DNA from: an uncultured Spirochaetota bacterium
GTDB taxonomy: Bacteria > Spirochaetota > Spirochaetia > SZUA-6 > Fen-1364
Length of the DNA stretch: 64,000 nt
Reading direction: 5' to 3'
Assembly (NCBI GenBank): GCA_963820525.1
Contig: CAWGAA010000001.1
Span: forward strand, 3,104,001-3,168,000
Shown here: positions 58,844-64,000 of the stretch, piece by piece
Layout of the letters: the number at the start of each line of letters is the position of its first letter
Position numbering within the stretch: the first letter of the stretch is position 1
Notes under the pieces: model-generated
Seen by the model: the letters and a program-made list of their open reading frames with translations, nothing else
Database searches by the model: none
Told to the model about the DNA's origin: nothing
Made by a program: the position numbers and the translations under genes

Positions 58844-60379
58844 CTAGTGCGTACCGGAGAGCTTTCTGGCAACCACTTTACCGCTTTTCTTGTCCAGCGA
58901 GAAAACCACGTGACTCAGCGGCCGTTCCACGACATAGGGAATGTTGCAGATCTCTATATAGGTGCCGGGGTGGATCGTGTTGAAAACCACGATTTCGGCC
59001 GCTTCATTCCTGTCGAGGCCCATGACCAGAACGCGCGATGCGTCGTTGAGCTTGCGGATCGCCGCCCTGAGTTTCTCCCTGAATTCCGCGAGCTTCGCGT
59101 CCGCATCCTTGCCCGCCGAGATACGGCGATCCACCTCCTTCATCTTCAGGGCGAGGGCGATGCTTTTATCTCGGATCCACACGAGCTTCTGGCTCACCGT
59201 GTAATCTATCCCGCACCTCACCTCGGTGTGGGTGCCCGCGGCCGCCCCCAATTGGCCCACGGAGATCCCGTTCTGCGTGACGATGCCGCCTCCCACGATC
59301 ATGCCGTTCGTCCCCGCATCCACCTTGTCCAGGGTGTGCACGAGCGAGTTCAGGCACCCCGTGGAGACGGAGATCGTCTTATTCGCCTCGACGTAGCAAT
59401 TCTCTATGAAACGCGCCCTGATGCCGCCGGCGGCCTTTACTGTCCCCGAGCCCCGGCCGAGGATGCCCTGGTTCGTGACGAGGTCTCCTCCGCAGACCAC
59501 CTCGGTGGCGTCGATGACCCTATTGCAATAAAGCGACCCGCCCACCTTGAGCTTGAACCCGCGCTTGACTTCCCCGACGATCATTACGTCGCCCGGAAAG
59601 TCGATATGCCCGGTGGAGTAGTCGACGTCTCCCGAGACGTTGAGGACCTCGGTGACGGAAAACGAATCGGGGGAGGACATAAAACGGCCGTTGCACGTCG
59701 CGAGGACCGTATTTCCGGCGATTTCAGTATTCTTGCCGGGTCGGGGGCTTTTCACGCCTTTTTTGCCGAAGTGGACCGCCGCTCCTTTGACGTCCATTCC
59801 GAAAACTCCCGCTTCTTTGGCGACGATCCGAGCCAGGACGTCTCCCTCCTTGACGAGCTGGAAAGGGCTTTGGGCCTTATAATCTATCGTTTCTTCCCGA
59901 CCCGTTGCCGGCGGGGCTTCCTGCCGGAGGGACTCTTCAACGAGAATGTGCGCCGGCACTTCATCCTGCGCGGGTATGCCCCGCGCGATAATCGCGTCCG
60001 CCACAACCACACGCTCGCCGTTGCAGCGCAGGATGTAGTCCTTCACGGCCTCCCAATCCACGCCGTGCATGATGCCCTTGGACCGTAACGCTTCTTCCAC
60101 GGCATCGAGGGAAAGGGGCGCGCCATCGCCTTTCGGTGGACGGAAATCCGCGCGGGCTTCCATGGCGTCGTTGGAGATCCGAACGTCCATGCGGCCGTCC
60201 TCCGATAGAAGATCATGGGAATCAAGCGCCCGAAGCTCCTTTTGCGCGGAATCGATGTCGAGCGCCGGCCCAAGGGGCGTCGCCTCTTTCATTCCTCTAT
60301 CGAGCCGCTCCACCTCCTCGAATATCCCTTCGACCCCCTTCATGAGGTCCGTGATGAAGGGATCGCCGTCCTTGCCCAT
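58844..60379 (-). CDS. FapA/DUF342 family protein
   Basis: VKEGDVLA, GKNT, GDVDYSTGHIDFPGDV, beta-helix, coiled coil, IHPGT. Confidence 0.88.
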   Translation of the reverse strand: MGKDGDPFITDLMKGVEGIFEEVERLDRGMKEATPLGPALDIDSAQKELRALDSHDLLSEDGRMDVRISNDAMEARADFRPPKGDGAPLSLDAVEEALRSKGIMHGVDWEAVKDYILRCNGERVVVADAIIARGIPAQDEVPAHILVEESLRQEAPPATGREETIDYKAQSPFQLVKEGDVLARIVAKEAGVFGMDVKGAAVHFGKKGVKSPRPGKNTEIAGNTVLATCNGRFMSSPDSFSVTEVLNVSGDVDYSTGHIDFPGDVMIVGEVKRGFKLKVGGSLYCNRVIDATEVVCGGDLVTNQGILGRGSGTVKAAGGIRARFIENCYVEANKTISVSTGCLNSLVHTLDKVDAGTNGMIVGGGIVTQNGISVGQLGAAAGTHTEVRCGIDYTVSQKLVWIRDKSIALALKMKEVDRRISAGKDADAKLAEFREKLRAAIRKLNDASRVLVMGLDRNEAAEIVVFNTIHPGTYIEICNIPYVVERPLSHVVFSLDKKSGKVVARKLSGTH

Positions 60380-60385
60380 TCCCGG

Positions 60386-60736
60386 TCAATCCTTGAGATA
60401 GTCGAGTATCTTCGCGATCTCGAAAGGCTTCTTCAAAAGACCCACCGCCCCCGCTTTCAGGGCGCGGACGGCGAGCGGGTCGTTTGGAAATGCGGTGATG
60501 ATAAGCAACCGCGTTCCCGGTTTGCTCTTGAGCAGCTCTTCCGTTATGTCGGCCCCGTTTTTTCCCGGCATGCGCACGTCGACTATGACGAGATCGTAGG
60601 AGTTCTTGAGCGCGTCGGCCAATCCCGCGCTCGAATCCGAATGTACGGTGACCTCATAGCCCATCTCGCCGAAGATGATCTTGATGGAGTCGAGAATCAT
60701 CGTCTCATCGTCAATGACAAGTATCTTCTTTTTCAA
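60386..60736 (-). CDS. Single-domain response regulator
   Basis: ILVIDDE, VDVRMP, ITAF, KPF; AAGGAGG before TTG 60736. Confidence 0.88.
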   Translation of the reverse strand: MKKKILVIDDETMILDSIKIIFGEMGYEVTVHSDSSAGLADALKNSYDLVIVDVRMPGKNGADITEELLKSKPGTRLLIITAFPNDPLAVRALKAGAVGLLKKPFEIAKILDYLKD

Positions 60737-60753
60737 CTCGCGGACCTCCTTCC

Positions 60754-62656
60754 CTATCGCCACCCGTCCAATATTTCCCGCACCTTGGCCGCCAGTTCCA
60801 GGGGAGAAAACGGCTTTCGCAGAAAGTCGGAGTTGCCGCCGTCCACCCCTTTACTCTTTAAGACGTCGTCCGCGTACCCGCTAATAAAGAGCCTTCTCAG
60901 GCTCGGATTCTGCGTGCGCATCTCCTCGAACATGCGCATGCCGCCGCGTTTGGGCATGATAATGTCGAGGATGGCCAGGGAAATCGCCTCACGATTCTCA
61001 TTAAATAGCTTGAGGGCCTCCTCGCCGTCCGCGGCCGAGATGACGGTATAGCCGAAACCTTCCAGTACCGCGCGGGCCATGTCCCTCACCGTATCGTCGT
61101 CCTCCACGACGAGAATCGTCTCCGTTCCTCCGACACCGGCGGCTTCTTTCCCAGCGACCTCCGTTTCCGCGCCCGCTTTCATCAGGGGAAGCGCGATCGT
61201 GAACGTGGTCCCCTTTCCCACTGCGCTTTCCACCGATATGCGGCCTCCATGTTGCTCGATAATGCTCCAGACCACGGAGAGCCCGAGCCCGGTTCCCTTG
61301 CCGATCTCCTTGGTCGTGAAGAAAGGCTCGAAAATACGCTTTCGCGTTTCCTCCTCTATCCCGACACCCGTGTCGGAGAACGAGAGATAGCCGAAGGGGC
61401 GTGCGGTGCCTGGCTCGTCCGCCGAGGTGCGGACCGTGATGACCCCGCCATGGGGCATCGCGTCCCGCGCGTTGGTGGAAAGGTTGAGCAGGATCTGCTC
61501 GATCTGCACCGTGTCGGCGAATACGGGAAGCGCGTGAGGGCAGGGCTCGAGGCGTATCTCGATCTCTTCTCCGATGACCCTGCTCATGAACTCCCGGTTG
61601 CCGGAGATGAGCGAATTCAGATCCACGGGGCGCGGATTGAAGGGCTGCCGCCTGCCGAACGTCAACAGGCCCTGCGTGAGCTCGGCGGCGCGTTGGGCGG
61701 CGGACATGATCCGGGAAACGAAAGGACGAAGCGCGTCATCGGCGGGCAGACGCGACAGCAGGACGCTGCAGTACCCCATGATACCCGTGAGGATATTGTT
61801 GAAGTCGTGGGCGATCCCGCCGGCGAGCTGGCCCACGGCCTCCATTTTCTGGGCCTGGGCGAGAAACTCCTCCGCGCGATGAGCCTCTTCTTCCGCGCGG
61901 AGCCGCTCCGTGATGTCGTTCATTACGTGCACGTGGCCCGTGAGACGCCCCGTCGCATCGGTCACCGGCTCCACCTGCACTTCGAAGGTGCGTCCGCCGA
62001 TCCGCGCCGTGCCGATCCCCCCTTCCCGCGCGGCCGCGGCGCTCTGCGAGCCGCTGGAATCCCGGAATTGGTCGATATCTCGCAGGATCTTGTCGTGATA
62101 GACGCCGACGATCTCCAGGAAAGGCTTGCCTGAAAGCCGCTGGAATGCCTTATTGCATCGGACTATCTTTTCCGCCGTGTCTACAAGGCAAATGGGCGAG
62201 CGGACGGTGTCGACCGCCGTGCGCCATTCGTTGGCGACCGTCTGGACGGCTCTTTCGATCCTCCGATGCTCCGAACGCGCCTTCGCTTCCTTGAGCTCAC
62301 GCTCGATCGCGGCGCTGAGCCGCTCCATGTGGCCTTTATAGACGATGTCGTGGGCCCCGGCCTTGATGGACCTCAATAGCGCGTTCCTCTCCCATGGGCT
62401 CGGAAACGAAAATCAGGGGGATGTCCAGGCCCGCCTCATGCATCCGGCGGATTGCCGCGAGAGGGTCGAAACGTGAAAGACCGGAGCAGATAAACGCGGC
62501 ATCGACAGCGCCCTCATCAATACTATTGGAAAGCTCCTCCGGTGTCCACACGCACCTGGCGCTTGGATTGAAACCCGCCTCCGAGAGAGCCCGAATAATA
62601 ATGTCCGCATCCTGCTCGGTGTCGCTTACGATGATCAACTTTAACGAATCACCCAT
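60754..62656 (-). pseudogene. Hybrid kinase REC*-PAS-HisKA-HATPase-REC split by a frameshift near 62371
   Basis: ...IPLIFVSEPMGEERAIE in one frame continues as SIKAGAHDIVYK...RLSAAIEREL in the next; ATT GAG G TCC ATC AAG carries one extra base. Confidence 0.82.
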
Positions 62657-62780
62657 TCTCATTCCCTCATTCCGGTATTCCTGGTCGCGGCCGCTACACT
62701 TCACGTCTCCCTTCCGACAGGATAATGGAAAATACGATGTTTCGCCAGAGCGTGGAATCGAGGGCTCTTGAAGAAGACCC

Positions 62781-63515
62781 TCACCTCTTCTTCAGCGCCG
62801 TGCCCCCCAGGTATGCCTCCTGGATTCTCGGATCCGACTTCAGCTCATCCGAGGCGCCCTCCACGGTGATTCGCCCGGTCTCCAGCACGTAGCCGCGGCC
62901 CGCCAGGGCGAGCGCCTGATGGGCGTTCTGCTCCACAAGGAGTATCGCAATGCCCTGCCGGTTTATCTGCTGGATGATCTGGAATATCAGGTCGACAAGG
63001 ATCGGGGCGAGCCCGAGGGAAGGCTCGTCCAGAAGAAGGACACGCGGGGTGCTCATGAGCGCGCGGCCGATGGCCAGCATCTGCTGCTCTCCGCCGGAAA
63101 GAGTTCCGGCCAGCTGCCGCCTTCTGTCCTTGAGCAGGGGGAAAAGCTCAAAGACACGCTCGCGCGCGGCCTTCACATCGTCCCGCCGTTTGCGCCGGGT
63201 GAAAGCTCCCAGGTTGAGGTTCTCTTCCGCCGTAAGGGTTGAAAAGACTTTCCGGCCCTCGGGGGCATGGGAGATGCCTCGAACCACGATATCGTAGGCG
63301 GGAACGCGCAGGAGCGACTCGTTGTCCAGACGGATCTCTCCGGCATGCGCAGGGAGAAGCCCCGAGATTGCCCGAAGCAGCGTGCTCTTTCCCGCGCCGT
63401 TGGCTCCGAGCACCGTGACGATCTCGCCCTCCTCCAGGTGGAGGCTCACTCCCTTGAGGGCTTCCAGGGCGCCGTAGCGGATATGAAGATCGTCGACGCT
63501 CAAGATCCGCGCCAC
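62781..63515 (-). CDS. livF: Branched-chain amino acid ABC ATP-binding protein LivF
   Basis: GANGAGKST, PEGR, LSGGEQQMLAIGRAL, LLDEPSLGLAP, VEQN. Confidence 0.93.
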   Translation of the reverse strand: MARILSVDDLHIRYGALEALKGVSLHLEEGEIVTVLGANGAGKSTLLRAISGLLPAHAGEIRLDNESLLRVPAYDIVVRGISHAPEGRKVFSTLTAEENLNLGAFTRRKRRDDVKAARERVFELFPLLKDRRRQLAGTLSGGEQQMLAIGRALMSTPRVLLLDEPSLGLAPILVDLIFQIIQQINRQGIAILLVEQNAHQALALAGRGYVLETGRITVEGASDELKSDPRIQEAYLGGTALKKR

Positions 63516-63517
63516 GG

Positions 63518-64000
63518 CTAGCTTCCCTTCCCCAGATATGCTTCTATCACTTTCGGGTCCCTGTAGATTTTTTCCGGCAGCCCCTCGGAGATCTTTTTCC
63601 CCCCGTCCATGACGGTGACCCAGTCCGAGATGCCCATCACCACGTTCATATCGTGCTCGATCAGGAGCACGGTGAGCTTTTCTTCCCGGATGATGCGGCG
63701 GATGAACTCCATCAGGTCCTCGGTCTCCCGCGGGTTCATTCCGCTGGAGGGCTCATCCAGCACCAGAAGGCGAGGCGAGGTGGCGAGGGCGCGCGCAATC
63801 TCGAGCATCCGCTGCCGGCCGTAGGCGATGTTTCGGGCAAGCTCGTCGTGGGAATCCCACAGCCCCACGAGCTTCAGCCTCTCTTCTGCGATCCGGCGGA
63901 TTTCCTTCTCTTCCTCCCGCTGCGCTTTGGGGCGGAAGATTGCCGCGGCGAGCCCGGCCGATGCCCTGCAGTGCCGCCCGGCCATCACGTTCTCGAGGCA
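63518..64000 (-). CDS. livG: Branched-chain amino acid ABC ATP-binding protein LivG (5'-truncated)
   Basis: YGRQRMLEIARALA, LDEPSSGMNP, IEHDM, VIEAYLG. Confidence 0.9.
   Translation of the reverse strand, partial: CLENVMAGRHCRASAGLAAAIFRPKAQREEEKEIRRIAEERLKLVGLWDSHDELARNIAYGRQRMLEIARALATSPRLLVLDEPSSGMNPRETEDLMEFIRRIIREEKLTVLLIEHDMNVVMGISDWVTVMDGGKKISEGLPEKIYRDPKVIEAYLGKGS

Noticed and set aside
4831..60088. Many long antisense or alternative-frame ORFs in the track (e.g. 4831-6051, 19855-21282, 46425-47711, 58835-60088)
   Set aside because: Shadow ORFs typical of high-GC coding DNA; no recognisable motifs and they overlap well-supported genes
41790..61860. Similar DNA at the H-boxes of two hybrid kinases (about 41800 and 61800)
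   Set aside because: Expected family conservation ([20 protein letters not shown]), not a repeat element
1..64000. Defence systems, toxins, integrases, transposases, reverse transcriptases
   Set aside because: No supporting motifs seen in any ORF

Overview
GC-rich bacterial chromosomal segment with about 50 CDS. I found no rRNA, tRNA, CRISPR array, transposase or phage genes. It is most likely from a free-living Spirochaetota member (inference from a STAS protein with a C-terminal Zn-ribbon, FapA/DUF342, and AGGxxE/FGQG-type exported N-termini). Left part: housekeeping and metabolic genes (PIG-L deacetylase, fabI, KamA radical SAM, MetH-activation-domain protein, guaB, sixA, beta-hydroxyacid dehydrogenase), then a secreted ARPP-1/DUF6569 protein beside an OmpR-type two-component pair, with a tandem direct-repeat box upstream. 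Centre: a beta-1,3-glucan utilisation locus (ROK repressor, XylR-like operator palindrome, sugar ABC importer, cytoplasmic GH16, GH149 phosphorylase); a MinD-like ATPase/fkp/menA run; a MarR-nitroreductase-MFS unit; and a heterodimeric ABC exporter. Right part: about 25 kb of signalling genes, including a Wsp/ACF-type chemosensory cluster whose outputs are hybrid kinases, an HD-GYP phosphodiesterase and an adenylate cyclase, with no GGDEF protein. One kinase has a Cys/His-rich GAF insert. This part also holds a PAS/NarL pair, a PP2C-STAS module, FapA, a frameshifted hybrid kinase and livFG. The most striking unannotated signal is a set of hollowed-out gene scars hidden in apparently intergenic DNA (xth, a Zn-alcohol dehydrogenase, a cheW paralogue, a HEAT/GT39 chimera); in xth and the dehydrogenase both gene ends survive and the middle is gone. 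All family calls come from motif recognition by eye; no database search was run.
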